The translations under genes and the position numbers were made by a program. Positions 8,238 to 18,414 of a stretch of 52,528 bases of DNA are shown here, piece by piece. Source of the DNA: an uncultured Eggerthella sp. Lineage in GTDB: Bacteria; Actinomycetota; Coriobacteriia; Coriobacteriales; Eggerthellaceae. The stretch is from positions 1-52,528 of the forward strand of contig URJE01000001.1 in NCBI GenBank assembly GCA_900547965.1. The letters run 5' to 3'. How positions within the stretch are numbered: position 1 is the first letter of the stretch; every line of letters starts with the position of its first letter. The notes beneath the pieces were generated by a model. The model did no database searches and was not told the DNA's origin. It saw nothing but the letters and a program-made list of their open reading frames with translations.

Positions 8238-9275
8238 ATGATGTATGCCTATTTCCCAGGATGCTCGGCGCATTCAACGGGTATCTCTTACACCAATTCA
8301 TACAACTACGTCGCCCTTGCAGCGGGCGTGGAACTGGCAGAAATCCCTAACTGGAACTGCTGTGGCGCATCAGCTGCGCATGCCGAAAGCGAGCTATTGG
8401 GAGATGCGCTTCCTGCACGTTCGCTCGCTCTTTCGGAAGAAGCATTCGGCGATGCTCCTGTGCTGGCACCCTGTGCTGGCTGCTATTTGCACCTGAAAAC
8501 AGCCACCGCCCACGCCCAAGAAAACGATGAAGCCCGAATTAAGCTCGAGCACATCATCGATCGACCTTGGAATGCGTCGGCTTATGTGGCCAACGGCCTG
8601 GAGCCCTTCCTTCCGGCCGAAACGCAGGAACGGCTCGCCCAGCGCGTGTGCCTTCCCCTGGATGGGCTGAAAGTAGCATGCTACTACGGTTGTGCTCTGC
8701 TACGCCCCACTGAGGTTTGCAACTTCGATGACGATGAGCAGCCCCACACCATGGAAGATCTTGTCGCTCTTTCTGGCGCAACCCCCATCGAATGGAATTT
8801 CAAGAATGAGTGCTGCGGCGCATCGCATCAAATCTCTGTTCCAAAAACCGGCAGAACCATGATTCGTCGAATCCTAGAAAACGCTGCAGCAAATGGCGCC
8901 GATGCCATAGCTTGCGCATGCCCATTGTGCATGCTCAATCTCGACATGCGTGAAGCGGAAATCAACGCAACACGTGCAAAAGAGGGTTTGCCACCTCTCG
9001 ATATACCCATCTACTACTTTACCGAGCTTTTAGCTGCAAGTATGGGTGCTCCTGCATCTAAATCCGGCATCAATCGGCACTTCTATCCAGCAGGGAATCT
9101 CCACGAAAGGGCATTAGCGGCATGGAACAAACAGCGTGCCGCTGAAAAAGAAGCCGAGGAAGCTGAAAAACTGGCCAAAGAAGCGCAACGGAAAGCACGT
9201 GCAGCTGCCCGAGCCGCAAAAGCGAAATCAGAAACGAAGCCCAAAATCAATGCATCGAAGGAGGTGATCGCATGA
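8238..9275 (+). CDS. hdrB: Heterodisulfide reductase subunit B-like protein (two CCG domains)
   Basis: YFPGC...NCCGA...PCAGC and YYGC...ECCGA...ACPLC..NLD. Confidence 0.92.
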   Translation: MMYAYFPGCSAHSTGISYTNSYNYVALAAGVELAEIPNWNCCGASAAHAESELLGDALPARSLALSEEAFGDAPVLAPCAGCYLHLKTATAHAQENDEARIKLEHIIDRPWNASAYVANGLEPFLPAETQERLAQRVCLPLDGLKVACYYGCALLRPTEVCNFDDDEQPHTMEDLVALSGATPIEWNFKNECCGASHQISVPKTGRTMIRRILENAAANGADAIACACPLCMLNLDMREAEINATRAKEGLPPLDIPIYYFTELLAASMGAPASKSGINRHFYPAGNLHERALAAWNKQRAAEKEAEEAEKLAKEAQRKARAAARAAKAKSETKPKINASKEVIA

Positions 9276-11254
9276 GCAGAATTGGCGTTTTCGTATGCCA
9301 CTGCGGAACAAACATCGCCGCAACCGTCGATGTTGAAGCGGTTGCGGAAGCCGCAAGGGTAATGCCGAACGTAGCATTCGCAACAACAAACAAATACACC
9401 TGCTCTGACCCCGGCCAACAAGCAATCGTCGATGCCATCAAAGAGCACAACCTCGACAGGCTCGTTATTGCCAGCTGCAGTCCGCGCATGCACGAGCAGA
9501 CCTTCCGAAAGATGCTGGCTGAAAAGACCGACATCAATCCTTACATGCTTGAAATCGCGAATATTCGCGAACAATGCTCATGGGTTCACAAAAGCAAGGA
9601 GGAATCCACCCCTAAGGCTATCGACCTCGTTGCAATGGCTGTGGCAAAGGTTGATACCGACAAAAACCTCTACACACAAACTATTCCGGTAAACCGCAAG
9701 GTACTAGTTGTTGGCGCAGGTATCGCCGGCATCCAGGCAGCTCTCGATGTCGCAGATGCTGGCTTCCCCGTTACCTTGGTCGAGCGGAATCCCTCCATCG
9801 GCGGCAAAATGGTCAAACTGGACAAAACCTTCCCCACTATGGATTGCTCCGCTTGCATCTGCACACCTAAGATGTCTGAGGCGGGAAGCCACCCCAACAT
9901 CACAATCAAAACGCTTTCTGAAGTTGAAAAAGTTACAGGCTACATCGGAAACTTCGAGGCCACTATCCGTGAAAAAGCCAAGTACATCGACTACAACCTA
10001 TGCACTGGTTGCGGCGCCTGCGAAACCAAATGCCCCAGCAAAACAACGAACGAATTCGACGAGGGACTATCTCTGCGAAAGGCTATCTACAAGCCATTTG
10101 CTCAAGCTGTTCCCAGCAAGCCAACCATCGATCCCAATTCCTGTCGAAAACTTACCGAGGGTAAATGTGGCGTATGCGCAAAAATCTGCCCCACCGGCGC
10201 AATCCGCTACGACGATACCGATCGTACCACTACCGAAACGTTCGGCGCCATTATCCTTGCCACTGGCTACGATCTTATCGACTGGACAAAAATCTACGGA
10301 GAGTATGGCGGCGGAAACTACCCCGATGTAATCACGGGTCTTCAGTTTGAACGCTTGGTAAACGCATCTGGCCCCACCGAAGGCCACATCCAGCGTCCCA
10401 GCGACAACAAGGAACCAAAGACAATCGCAATAATCAAATGCGTAGGCTCCCGTGACCCTCACAAAGGCGTTTCCTACTGCAGCCGTGCATGTTGCATGTA
10501 TTCGGCAAAGCATGCGCACCAATACCTCGACAAGGTCAAGGATGGACGCTGCTATGTGTTCTACATGGATGTTCGCTGTGCCGGCAAGGGATATGACGAG
10601 TTCTATATGAACACCCTGCACGATGGAGCGGTTTATGTGCGTGGTCGCGTTTCGAAGATCTATCCCGAAAACGGCAAACTGATCTGCATGGGGGAAGACA
10701 CACTCTCTGGCCAGGTAGTACGAGTAGACGCCGACATGGTGGTTCTCGAAACGGCCATGGTGCCCAATGAGGGTGCTGGACAGATCGCTGGCGTCCTCAA
10801 CGCCCAACGTGGCCCCGAAGGCTTTTTCACCGAAGCCCACCCGAAGCTCCGGCCGGTGGAAACAAATACCGCAGGCGTCTACCTTGCAGGCGTGGCTCAA
10901 GGACCCAAAGACATTCCCGACACGGTCGCCCAAGCAGGTGCCGCCGCATCTAAAGTTATCGGCCTTCTGGCACGTGGCCAGATCGAGTCAAATCCCATGA
11001 TCGTCCACGTTGACAATGCAAAATGCTCCGGATGCGGTGCGTGTACCGATATCTGTCCTTATGGGGCTCTTGAGCTTGTTGAGGTCACCCTGCGCGAAAA
11101 CTCGCAGAAAGTTACCCGCACCGTTGCAAAGCCCAATCCGGGTCTGTGCCAAGGTTGCGGTGCATGCACCGTTGCCTGCCGTTCAGGTGCCGCCGATCTG
11201 CTGGGCTTCACCAATGAGGGAATCATGCGCGAAATGGAGGCATTGCTCCGATGA
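9272..11254 (+). CDS. hdrA: Heterodisulfide reductase subunit A-like flavo-Fe-S protein
   Basis: RIGVFVCHCG.NI, ANIREQCSWVH, GAGIAG, KTFPTMDCSACI, CVGSR, CSRACCMY, HPKLRPV, GPKDIP, and C-terminal ferredoxin motifs. Confidence 0.96.
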   Translation: MSRIGVFVCHCGTNIAATVDVEAVAEAARVMPNVAFATTNKYTCSDPGQQAIVDAIKEHNLDRLVIASCSPRMHEQTFRKMLAEKTDINPYMLEIANIREQCSWVHKSKEESTPKAIDLVAMAVAKVDTDKNLYTQTIPVNRKVLVVGAGIAGIQAALDVADAGFPVTLVERNPSIGGKMVKLDKTFPTMDCSACICTPKMSEAGSHPNITIKTLSEVEKVTGYIGNFEATIREKAKYIDYNLCTGCGACETKCPSKTTNEFDEGLSLRKAIYKPFAQAVPSKPTIDPNSCRKLTEGKCGVCAKICPTGAIRYDDTDRTTTETFGAIILATGYDLIDWTKIYGEYGGGNYPDVITGLQFERLVNASGPTEGHIQRPSDNKEPKTIAIIKCVGSRDPHKGVSYCSRACCMYSAKHAHQYLDKVKDGRCYVFYMDVRCAGKGYDEFYMNTLHDGAVYVRGRVSKIYPENGKLICMGEDTLSGQVVRVDADMVVLETAMVPNEGAGQIAGVLNAQRGPEGFFTEAHPKLRPVETNTAGVYLAGVAQGPKDIPDTVAQAGAAASKVIGLLARGQIESNPMIVHVDNAKCSGCGACTDICPYGALELVEVTLRENSQKVTRTVAKPNPGLCQGCGACTVACRSGAADLLGFTNEGIMREMEALLR

Positions 11255-11802
11255 ACGAGACTACAACCAGCGCGAACCGCTCCCCCGAGCAAAGCGCCAA
11301 CGACACAACATGGAAACCGAAAATCTTGGCATTCTGCTGCAATTGGTGCACCTATGCTGGCGCCGATTTAGCGGGGCTGAATCGTATGGAATACCCCGCT
11401 GACATTCGCCTTCTTCGCGTTCCCTGCTCCGGACGAGTTAACCCGCAATATGTCTTGAAGGCATATCAAGACGGCTGCGATGGCGTCTTGGTGTGTGGCT
11501 GCCATCCTGGCGATTGCCACTATGCCACCGGCAATTATTATGCTAAGCGCCGCATGATGGTGTACAAGCGTTTGTTGGAATTCTTGGGTCTTGAGCCTGA
11601 TCGCTTCATAGTTCGTTGGATCTCGGGCTCCGAGGCCGGAAAATTCCGCGATACCGTAATGGAGGTCACTGAACGCATCCGTGAGCTTGGGCCACTTTCA
11701 AACGATCTACCCAACCTTGCACCGGAAGATACTCCTCACCCCATTTCTGCAAAATACGAATGGCTGGCAACTCCCAAGAATGCAAGGGAGGGACTGCAAT
11801 GA
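11251..11802 (+). CDS. flxD: MvhD/FlxD [2Fe-2S] subunit
   Basis: FCCNWCTYAGADLAG, VPCSGRV, GCHPGDCHY..GN. Confidence 0.92.
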   Translation: MNETTTSANRSPEQSANDTTWKPKILAFCCNWCTYAGADLAGLNRMEYPADIRLLRVPCSGRVNPQYVLKAYQDGCDGVLVCGCHPGDCHYATGNYYAKRRMMVYKRLLEFLGLEPDRFIVRWISGSEAGKFRDTVMEVTERIRELGPLSNDLPNLAPEDTPHPISAKYEWLATPKNAREGLQ

Positions 11803-12650
11803 TGAACTTCACTGATATAGTGCGTGAACGCGCCACACAACTTATCGAAGACGGTACCGTCGCATGCGTGATTGGCTGGACGGCGGGCCGTTTCGAGTAT
11901 CAACGCACACCGTTTTGCGCTAACAGCACTGAACAAGCTGCACTCCTTGTATGCGATCAGCATTGTGAGCACGCATTGGGGAAATATGCGCTCGAACAGA
12001 AAGACAAGGGGCGCGTTGGCCTTATTACCCGCGGGTGTGAAAGCCGCGCAATCAACCGTCTCATCGCTGACAACCAACTCAAGCGCGAAGACGTATATCT
12101 CATTGGCATCCCTTGCACGGGATGCACTACTCGAGATGGCGCCGAACTCAAGCGCTGCTACGAATGCCAGTTCCGCAACCCGGTTATCTACGATGAACTG
12201 GTAGGGGAACTTGCTCCTGAGCCAAAAAACGACCGCTTCGCTGACGTACGAAATCTTGAAGCGATGACCCGCGAAGAACGTCGCGCATTTTTTGATCTGA
12301 TGTATGAGACATGCATCCGCTGCCATGCATGCCGCCAAGCGTGTCCCTGCTGCACCTGTAAAGTGTGTTTTGCGGAGCAAGAGCGCGAGGGGTGGCAAGG
12401 TAAACAATTCGATGTAGAGCAAGCTCGCTACTACGGCGTTACCCGCTCGTTCCATGTTGCGGATCGCTGCATTGAATGCGGCGAATGCGAACGCGTATGC
12501 CCTATGGGTCTCCCGCTAATGACACTGATGCATAAGCAGATCAAGGACATTAACGAGCTGTTCGGCCCCTACGAAGGAGGCGGCCTTTCCCTCGATGCCC
12601 CCGATGCACTGCGCACGTTCAAGACCGACGACATCGAAGAATTCATGTAG
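11799..12650 (+). CDS. flxC: FlxC-like 4Fe-4S protein
   Basis: CIRCHACRQACPCCTC..C and HVADRCIECGECERVCP; ATGA overlap with flxD. Confidence 0.8.
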   Translation: MMNFTDIVRERATQLIEDGTVACVIGWTAGRFEYQRTPFCANSTEQAALLVCDQHCEHALGKYALEQKDKGRVGLITRGCESRAINRLIADNQLKREDVYLIGIPCTGCTTRDGAELKRCYECQFRNPVIYDELVGELAPEPKNDRFADVRNLEAMTREERRAFFDLMYETCIRCHACRQACPCCTCKVCFAEQEREGWQGKQFDVEQARYYGVTRSFHVADRCIECGECERVCPMGLPLMTLMHKQIKDINELFGPYEGGGLSLDAPDALRTFKTDDIEEFM

Positions 12651-12661
12651 GAGGGGCCACA

Positions 12662-13684
12662 ATGCTGTTCAAGAAAAGCAATCTGAACGAAGTGCTTGAA
12701 ACCACCTCGGAATCCATGGACGTCTTTGTTCCGGCCATAGTGGATGGGACTTCTCGTTTTGCCCTTTACGGTGAGCAAGGAGAGGTAACCGAGCCGAACT
12801 TCCAGCTGCAAAACACGAAGATTCCCCCAAAGGGGCTTCTCTTCCCCTCCACTGAAAAACTCTACACCTGGGGCAAAGGCCCCGATGGCACCTTTATCGA
12901 AAGCGCCCTAGAAACGCCGCGCCCCTTCGTTGCTTTCGGCGTTCGTCCATGCGATGCAGCCGCAATCGAGCGAATGGACCAAGTTTTTCTATCGAAGGGC
13001 TATATCGACGAGTTTTACCAGGCAAAGCGAAACGCATTAACCTTGGTCGCAATGGCATGCCCCCGCACAAGCGATGCGTGCTTCTGCGATTCGATGGGGC
13101 AGAGTCCAAACGCCGCTCCTGAAGCCGATATCCTGCTTCTCGAAGGCAATGACGCCTTTGAAGTTCGCATCCAAACCGAACGCGGCCAAGCGCTTGCAGA
13201 TGCCTGGAAGCCATTCCTTGAAGATGGAGAGGTCGATCGTCGGCCCATTGAGTGCGCTACCAAAGTCAACATGGAGGGCATAGCCGAAAAGCTCCATGGA
13301 ATGTTCGACAGCCCTTTGTGGGATGAGGTCTCTACAGCCTGTCTCACGTGTGGTAGCTGCACATTCATATGCCCAACTTGCCACTGCTTCGATCTCAGTC
13401 AAGCGCGAAAAAAGGAAGAAAACGCCCGTTTCCGCTGCTGGGATAGCTGCATGTTCAAGGACTACACGCTCATGGCAGGCAATCACAACCCCCGCGAGCA
13501 AAAGCGAAATCGTGTACGACAACGCTTCATGCACAAACTATGTTTCTTCGAGGAACGATACGGAGAACCGCTCTGCGTGGGCTGCGGGCGCTGTTTGGTC
13601 GATTGCCCTGCATCCATGGACATCACCGCGATTATCGACCGTGTAAATGCAGAGCCCGCACAGAAGGGAGAAGACCATGCCTGA
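12662..13684 (+). CDS. flxB: FlxB / AsrA-like 4Fe-4S protein
   Basis: GVRPCD, CFC, CLTCGSCTFICPTCHCF, R.WDSC, R.RQRFMHK, CVGCGRC...CP. Confidence 0.85.
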   Translation: MLFKKSNLNEVLETTSESMDVFVPAIVDGTSRFALYGEQGEVTEPNFQLQNTKIPPKGLLFPSTEKLYTWGKGPDGTFIESALETPRPFVAFGVRPCDAAAIERMDQVFLSKGYIDEFYQAKRNALTLVAMACPRTSDACFCDSMGQSPNAAPEADILLLEGNDAFEVRIQTERGQALADAWKPFLEDGEVDRRPIECATKVNMEGIAEKLHGMFDSPLWDEVSTACLTCGSCTFICPTCHCFDLSQARKKEENARFRCWDSCMFKDYTLMAGNHNPREQKRNRVRQRFMHKLCFFEERYGEPLCVGCGRCLVDCPASMDITAIIDRVNAEPAQKGEDHA

Positions 13685-14549
13685 TATCGTAGTCGAACAC
13701 GGATGTGCGGGAATCTGCGAAGGATCCTCGCTTGTTCCGAACATCGTTGTGGTTACCGGCATTAAGGAACTCACCCACGACGTAAAGCTCTTCACCTTCA
13801 AAACCCCCGAAGGAGATGCACCTTTCTCCAGCAAACCTGGACAACTAGGCATGTTCTCCGTACCCCCATTTGGCGAATGCATGTTTTGCATCACCTCGCG
13901 AGGAGACAACTACGTTGAGATGGCTGTAAAGAAAGTCGGCGTAGTTACCGAGCAAATGCACAAACTCCGAGTTGGCGATTCGGTAGGGCTTCGCGGACCG
14001 TACGGCAATTGGTTCCCTTATGAAAGCACCCGCGGTCGCAACATGCTCTTCATTGCAGGCGGCATCGGCATGGCGCCAGTACGCTCATTCTTGGAGCACT
14101 GCTTACGCCATCGAGAGGATTATGGGCGCATCGATTTGGTGTACAGCGCATCCACCTATGATGACCTGGTATTTAAAGAGGAGTTGTTCAAGATCTGGCC
14201 CAGCCAACCCGATACCCATGTCCATGTAAGCCTGTACCACGGTAACGAAACATGGACTGGGCCTGTTTCCTACACGGCACCCTATCTGGAACAGGTCGTC
14301 GCGAACGAAGGTCTTTCGACCGAAAACACTGCTGTAACGCTTTGCGGAGGACCAAGTTTGTTCCGCACCTGCCGTGAATCGCTGACGAAGCTTGGGTACA
14401 AGCCCGAAGACATCATTACCACACTCGAAGCGCGGATGAAATGTGGCGTGGGCAAATGCGGTCGCTGCAATATCGGAGGCCGATACATCTGCATTGACGG
14501 TCCAGTGTTCACCGAAGCCGAATTGGCAACAATCCCTCGCGATCTATAG
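13677..14549 (+). CDS. flxA: FlxA / AsrB-like FAD/NAD(P)-binding [2Fe-2S] oxidoreductase
   Basis: PGQ, RGPYGN, AGGIGMAP, CGGP, MKCGVGKCGRC...C.DGPVF; start at 13677 after GGGAG. Confidence 0.88.
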   Translation: MPDIVVEHGCAGICEGSSLVPNIVVVTGIKELTHDVKLFTFKTPEGDAPFSSKPGQLGMFSVPPFGECMFCITSRGDNYVEMAVKKVGVVTEQMHKLRVGDSVGLRGPYGNWFPYESTRGRNMLFIAGGIGMAPVRSFLEHCLRHREDYGRIDLVYSASTYDDLVFKEELFKIWPSQPDTHVHVSLYHGNETWTGPVSYTAPYLEQVVANEGLSTENTAVTLCGGPSLFRTCRESLTKLGYKPEDIITTLEARMKCGVGKCGRCNIGGRYICIDGPVFTEAELATIPRDL

Positions 14550-14563
14550 AGCAACTTCAACTC

Positions 14564-14610
14564 AAAGAGGTCCTGTGCTTTCCCACGAGAAAACACAGGA
14601 CCTCTTTATT
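14564..14610. terminator. Bidirectional terminator between flxA and ybaK
   Basis: AAAGAGGTCCTGTG / CACAGGACCTCTTT 14-bp inverted repeat, followed by ATT. Confidence 0.8.
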
Positions 14611-14655
14611 CCAATTCAAAAATCCTTGAGCAAAAACACAGGCAGCACAAGAAGG

Positions 14656-15138
14656 CTATGCGGTAATGTCAGCTTCCTTAACGGGGATGGCAGCTTTCAG
14701 CGAATCAAGGCTCGTTTCAATCTGGCAGCCAATTCTGCCACCGGAAAAATAAATGCGATCGTATAACGCCGCCGTCTCATCAACGGTGGTGGTAAAAAGC
14801 CTCTTCATCCCCAATGGCGAGCATCCCCCATGAACGTAGCCCGTAAGACCGAGCAACTCCTTTGATTTGACCATGTGGACAGATTTTTCGCCAACCGCAG
14901 CGGCAGCCTTTTTCAGGTCAAGCTCCATAGCAACGGGAATCATAAACACATAATGCTCCCCGCTCTTGCCGACGGTTACGAGTGTTTTGAAAACGCAATC
15001 AGGATCTTCTTTTAGAGCCCGAGCAACCTCAACACCTGAAATCGCCTCTGGGCACTCGAACGAATGCGCTTCATAGGACTGACCTGCACGCTCGAGCTCA
15101 CGCATTGCGTTGGTTTTCTTTTCAGCCTGCTTCGCCAT
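14656..15138 (-). CDS. ybaK: Cys-tRNA(Pro) deacylase
   Basis: KTNAMR.L, VFKTLV, LDLKK.A, TGYVHGGCSPLG, SGG..G motifs. Confidence 0.93.
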   Translation of the reverse strand: MAKQAEKKTNAMRELERAGQSYEAHSFECPEAISGVEVARALKEDPDCVFKTLVTVGKSGEHYVFMIPVAMELDLKKAAAAVGEKSVHMVKSKELLGLTGYVHGGCSPLGMKRLFTTTVDETAALYDRIYFSGGRIGCQIETSLDSLKAAIPVKEADITA

Positions 15139-15252
15139 AGCGAATGCCTCCATAGCCTATTCTTTTTCGCTCCAACCTTGAACCTAGCGATATAAGGCAA
15201 GAGTTGAGTGTTCCAAAACAAAGAAACCAGAAATCGTCTTTCGATCGTCGGT

Positions 15253-16140
15253 CTACTGGCTCTGATCCTGCTCCTGCATACCCACGTCAGCGGAAACCGT
15301 CATGTTGTGGAAACGCTCTTGAAGCCATTCATCAGGAAAAACCTCGTCAAGCATCACGTCAATTTGAGTTGCCGGTGGGATGCCTTGTGCACGTTGACCT
15401 TCGCGATGCAAAACCAAAACAGTCATAACGGCATCAACCAGGATGAAAACCACCAAAAGCCAACTTATGACCTTGAAAGCCCTGCTGCTCTTATTGGAAA
15501 AGCGCTTCTGAACACCCTTGATGATAGGCAGAACAAAACGAACCCAGAATAACCCCAACGTACCCCACATGACACCAAAAAAGAAATTGGTACGGCCGTT
15601 GATTGAGCCGAATGTTCCCGTGTAATCCCAAGCAATGGCATGCCAGAAGGTTTCCATCATCCAACTGGCGCCATACTCTAGGGATGCGCCAACCACCATG
15701 GCAACAAGAAAAATAATCAGATCATGAGTGTAATAAAACCTGTTAAGAAAAAGGGTCAGCGCCACTGCCCCCACGCCATAAATCGGAGAAAATGGACCCC
15801 ACACGAAGCCAGCACGGCTCTCGTAACCACCATATACCAGGACATGGAAGACATCTTCTAAAGCAAGCCCCAAAACCGAAGCTGAAACAAATACCCAGAA
15901 TAGAAGGAGGAAACTGAGATTTAGGTACCCTGGAGCAAGCTGGGCGCGAAATGAGCGTACTACCGTCGAATCAAGCAGGAACCCCCCAAAATCATGCAAA
16001 GACTTACTTTTCTTAGCGGGCTGCTCAGAAGGACACTCGTCGCATACGTCGGCTCGACGAAGGGCAGCAGCGAAATCAGCTTCTGCGGGTAAGGGCTTTT
16101 CGCGGCCTTTTTCTTGTGGTGTGTAGTGTTGCTCAAACAT
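15253..16140 (-). CDS. Membrane protein, putative ABC-transporter permease (CmpB/DUF1113-like)
   Basis: G...E......GF..GPFSPIYGVG, LEY...W..E......WDY......NGR.....WG pattern. Confidence 0.78.
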   Translation of the reverse strand: MFEQHYTPQEKGREKPLPAEADFAAALRRADVCDECPSEQPAKKSKSLHDFGGFLLDSTVVRSFRAQLAPGYLNLSFLLLFWVFVSASVLGLALEDVFHVLVYGGYESRAGFVWGPFSPIYGVGAVALTLFLNRFYYTHDLIIFLVAMVVGASLEYGASWMMETFWHAIAWDYTGTFGSINGRTNFFFGVMWGTLGLFWVRFVLPIIKGVQKRFSNKSSRAFKVISWLLVVFILVDAVMTVLVLHREGQRAQGIPPATQIDVMLDEVFPDEWLQERFHNMTVSADVGMQEQDQSQ

Positions 16141-16328
16141 ATAAAAGGACTATAGCAAAGCAACGCGCTTGAACTCAGTCTATTACCCGAAAGAGTCAAA
16201 ATAATACCAATCCCCTCAGCAAAATGCCCCACCTTGCCACAGAACAAAAGAAAAGTGAGTTAGACTAACGACATCTTTATACGCAATCCAAAGCTAGTCC
16301 CCACTGGCACCAGAAAGGATGACGCCCT

Positions 16329-16904
16329 ATGCGTCTGCTCGAAGAGCGAATCCAACGCGACGGCATCGTGAAAAGCGGTGACGTCCTTAAAGTTGACTCT
16401 TTCCTCAACCATCAGATGGATGTGGCTTTGTTTGAGGAAATGGCCTTGGAATGGAAGCGTGCTTTCGACGGCAAGCCCATTAACAAGATTCTCACCATCG
16501 AAGCTTCCGGCATAGGCATCGCGGCAATTGTGGCCCGCGTATTCAATGTTCCTGTGGTATTTGCAAAGAAGGCTCAGAGCATCAATCTTGACGGAACGGT
16601 ATATGCCACGCGTGTTCAGAGCTTCACTCATGGCAAGATCTTCGATGTCATAGTTTCAAAGAAATTCGTTGGACCCGATGACCACCTGCTGCTCATCGAC
16701 GATTTCATGGCGAATGGTTGCGCTATGAACGGACTCATTGAAGTTTGCGAAGACGCTGGTGCGACGATCGAGGGCATTGGCATTGCTATCGAAAAAGGGT
16801 TCCAGGAAGGCGGCGCGAAGCTTCGCCAACGCGGTTATCAGCTAGAATCTCTTGCCATTGTTGATGCAATGGACCCCGAATCAGGTGAAATAACTTTTCG
16901 ATGA
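16329..16904 (+). CDS. xpt: Xanthine phosphoribosyltransferase
   Basis: [41 protein letters not shown]. Confidence 0.96.
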   Translation: MRLLEERIQRDGIVKSGDVLKVDSFLNHQMDVALFEEMALEWKRAFDGKPINKILTIEASGIGIAAIVARVFNVPVVFAKKAQSINLDGTVYATRVQSFTHGKIFDVIVSKKFVGPDDHLLLIDDFMANGCAMNGLIEVCEDAGATIEGIGIAIEKGFQEGGAKLRQRGYQLESLAIVDAMDPESGEITFR

Positions 16905-18328
16905 GCGTACAATCCTCCCCGTCCCCTCAAACCACTTCGCATCCCAAATCTGAACTAGAGGACTTCGACGGCAAGATATCCATAGCGCGCGCATTCCCCT
17001 ACGGCCTGCAACATGTGCTTGCCATGTTTGTCGCAAACCTAGCACCGATCGCGATCATTGCATCTGCTGCTGGCTTCGACGATGCAACCACCGCAATGCT
17101 CATTCAAAATGCAATGATTGTTGCGGGCATCGGCACTTTTATACAGCTCTTCCCTATCTGGCGCGTTGGTGCCCGAATGCCCATCGTCATGGGTGTGAGC
17201 TTCACCTTCGTAACCGTGCTTTGCGGAATTGCCGTTAATTATGGCTATCCTGCTGCAGTGGGAGCCGTCATAGTCGGCGGTTTGCTCGAAGGTGTGTTGG
17301 GCTTATTTGCCAAATACTGGCGCAAATTCATCACACCTATCGTTTCGGCCGTAGTCGTAACCTCAATCGGCTTTTCTCTGCTATCAGTTGGAGCCCAATC
17401 GTTCGGCGGAGGTTCTGGGGCACCCGATTTTGGCTCTCCAGAGAATCTAACGTTGGGTTTTGTCTCTCTTATCTCTTGCTTGGTATTTCAGGGGTTGGTG
17501 AAAGGCAACGCAAAGCAGCTCTCGGTATTGTTTGGTTTATGCGTAGGCTACGTTTTGGCACTTATCATGGGCAAGGTTGATTTCTCGGCATTCGAGGGAA
17601 TTGGCTTGTTCAGCATGCCTCAACTCATGCCGTTCGTTCCCGAGTTTCATCCTGGAGCAATTATCGCCGTCGCTCTCCTATACCTTGTTAGCGCCGCCGA
17701 AACTTTAGGTGACACCGCAGCGCTCGCCGCCATCGGTTTCAAGCGCATCCCGACCGAACGGGAATTCTCTGGCGCGGTAGCGGCCGACGGCCTTACCAGC
17801 TCTATTGCTGGTTGCTTCGGCTGCTCCCCGCTCACCACATTCGCTCAAAACATTGGTCTTGTGGCAATGACCAAAGTCGTTAACCGCCGCGCCATCGCCT
17901 GCGGTGCAGGAGTACTGGTGCTAGCTGGCTTTATTCCGGTAATTAGCGCAGTATTCGGCTCTCTGCCTGATGCCGTTTTGGGAGGATGCACCATCATGAT
18001 GTTCGGCAACATCATTTTGAGCGGTTTTCAGATGATTGCTAGCGCAGGGTTTTCTCAACGAAACATTACTATTGCTGCCATCTCATTGGCTTTGGGAATC
18101 GGCTTTACGCAAGTTGGCGAGATATTCGTTTACTTCCCCGAGCTTCTCCAAAACATCTTCGTAGGCAACAGCGTCGCCCTTACGTTCCTCTCTGCCGTTG
18201 TGCTCTCTTTCGCCCTTCCGAGAGATACAACCGTAGAAGGACCACTTGTGGTCGACAACGGAAGAAACGAGGGTGCAGGCGAATTTCCAGAAACACAACC
18301 AGCCAAGATAAACAGCGAACACGACTAA
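16901..18328 (+). CDS. NCS2-family nucleobase (xanthine/uracil) permease
   Basis: GLQHVLAMF and NAT signature [20 protein letters not shown] overlap with xpt. Confidence 0.93.
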   Translation: MSVQSSPSPQTTSHPKSELEDFDGKISIARAFPYGLQHVLAMFVANLAPIAIIASAAGFDDATTAMLIQNAMIVAGIGTFIQLFPIWRVGARMPIVMGVSFTFVTVLCGIAVNYGYPAAVGAVIVGGLLEGVLGLFAKYWRKFITPIVSAVVVTSIGFSLLSVGAQSFGGGSGAPDFGSPENLTLGFVSLISCLVFQGLVKGNAKQLSVLFGLCVGYVLALIMGKVDFSAFEGIGLFSMPQLMPFVPEFHPGAIIAVALLYLVSAAETLGDTAALAAIGFKRIPTEREFSGAVAADGLTSSIAGCFGCSPLTTFAQNIGLVAMTKVVNRRAIACGAGVLVLAGFIPVISAVFGSLPDAVLGGCTIMMFGNIILSGFQMIASAGFSQRNITIAAISLALGIGFTQVGEIFVYFPELLQNIFVGNSVALTFLSAVVLSFALPRDTTVEGPLVVDNGRNEGAGEFPETQPAKINSEHD

Positions 18329-18352
18329 CCAATACCTCAGCAAAGACCCCAT

Positions 18353-18386
18353 GCGCTGCCGTACAATAGCGGCAGCGCTTTTTTGT
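18353..18386 (+). terminator. Intrinsic terminator after the permease
   Basis: GCGCTGCCG / CGGCAGCGC stem followed by TTTTTTGT. Confidence 0.85.
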
Positions 18387-18414
18387 ACCTTTTATCGCCG
18401 AAGGAGCGAATTTG

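Noticed and set aside
10067..10933. 288-aa ORF on - (similar shadows occur over DUF711, infC, the kinase and the activase)
   Set aside because: Fully overlaps a well-supported gene on the opposite strand, with no RBS or motif support
12662..14549. Calling these genes anaerobic sulfite reductase asrAB
   Set aside because: No siroheme AsrC subunit; their position after hdrCBA-mvhD fits flxB/flxA
16141..16328. Possible purine riboswitch upstream of xpt
   Set aside because: Conserved core (AUAUGG, GUUUCUACC, CCGUAAA) is absent and there is no terminator in the leader
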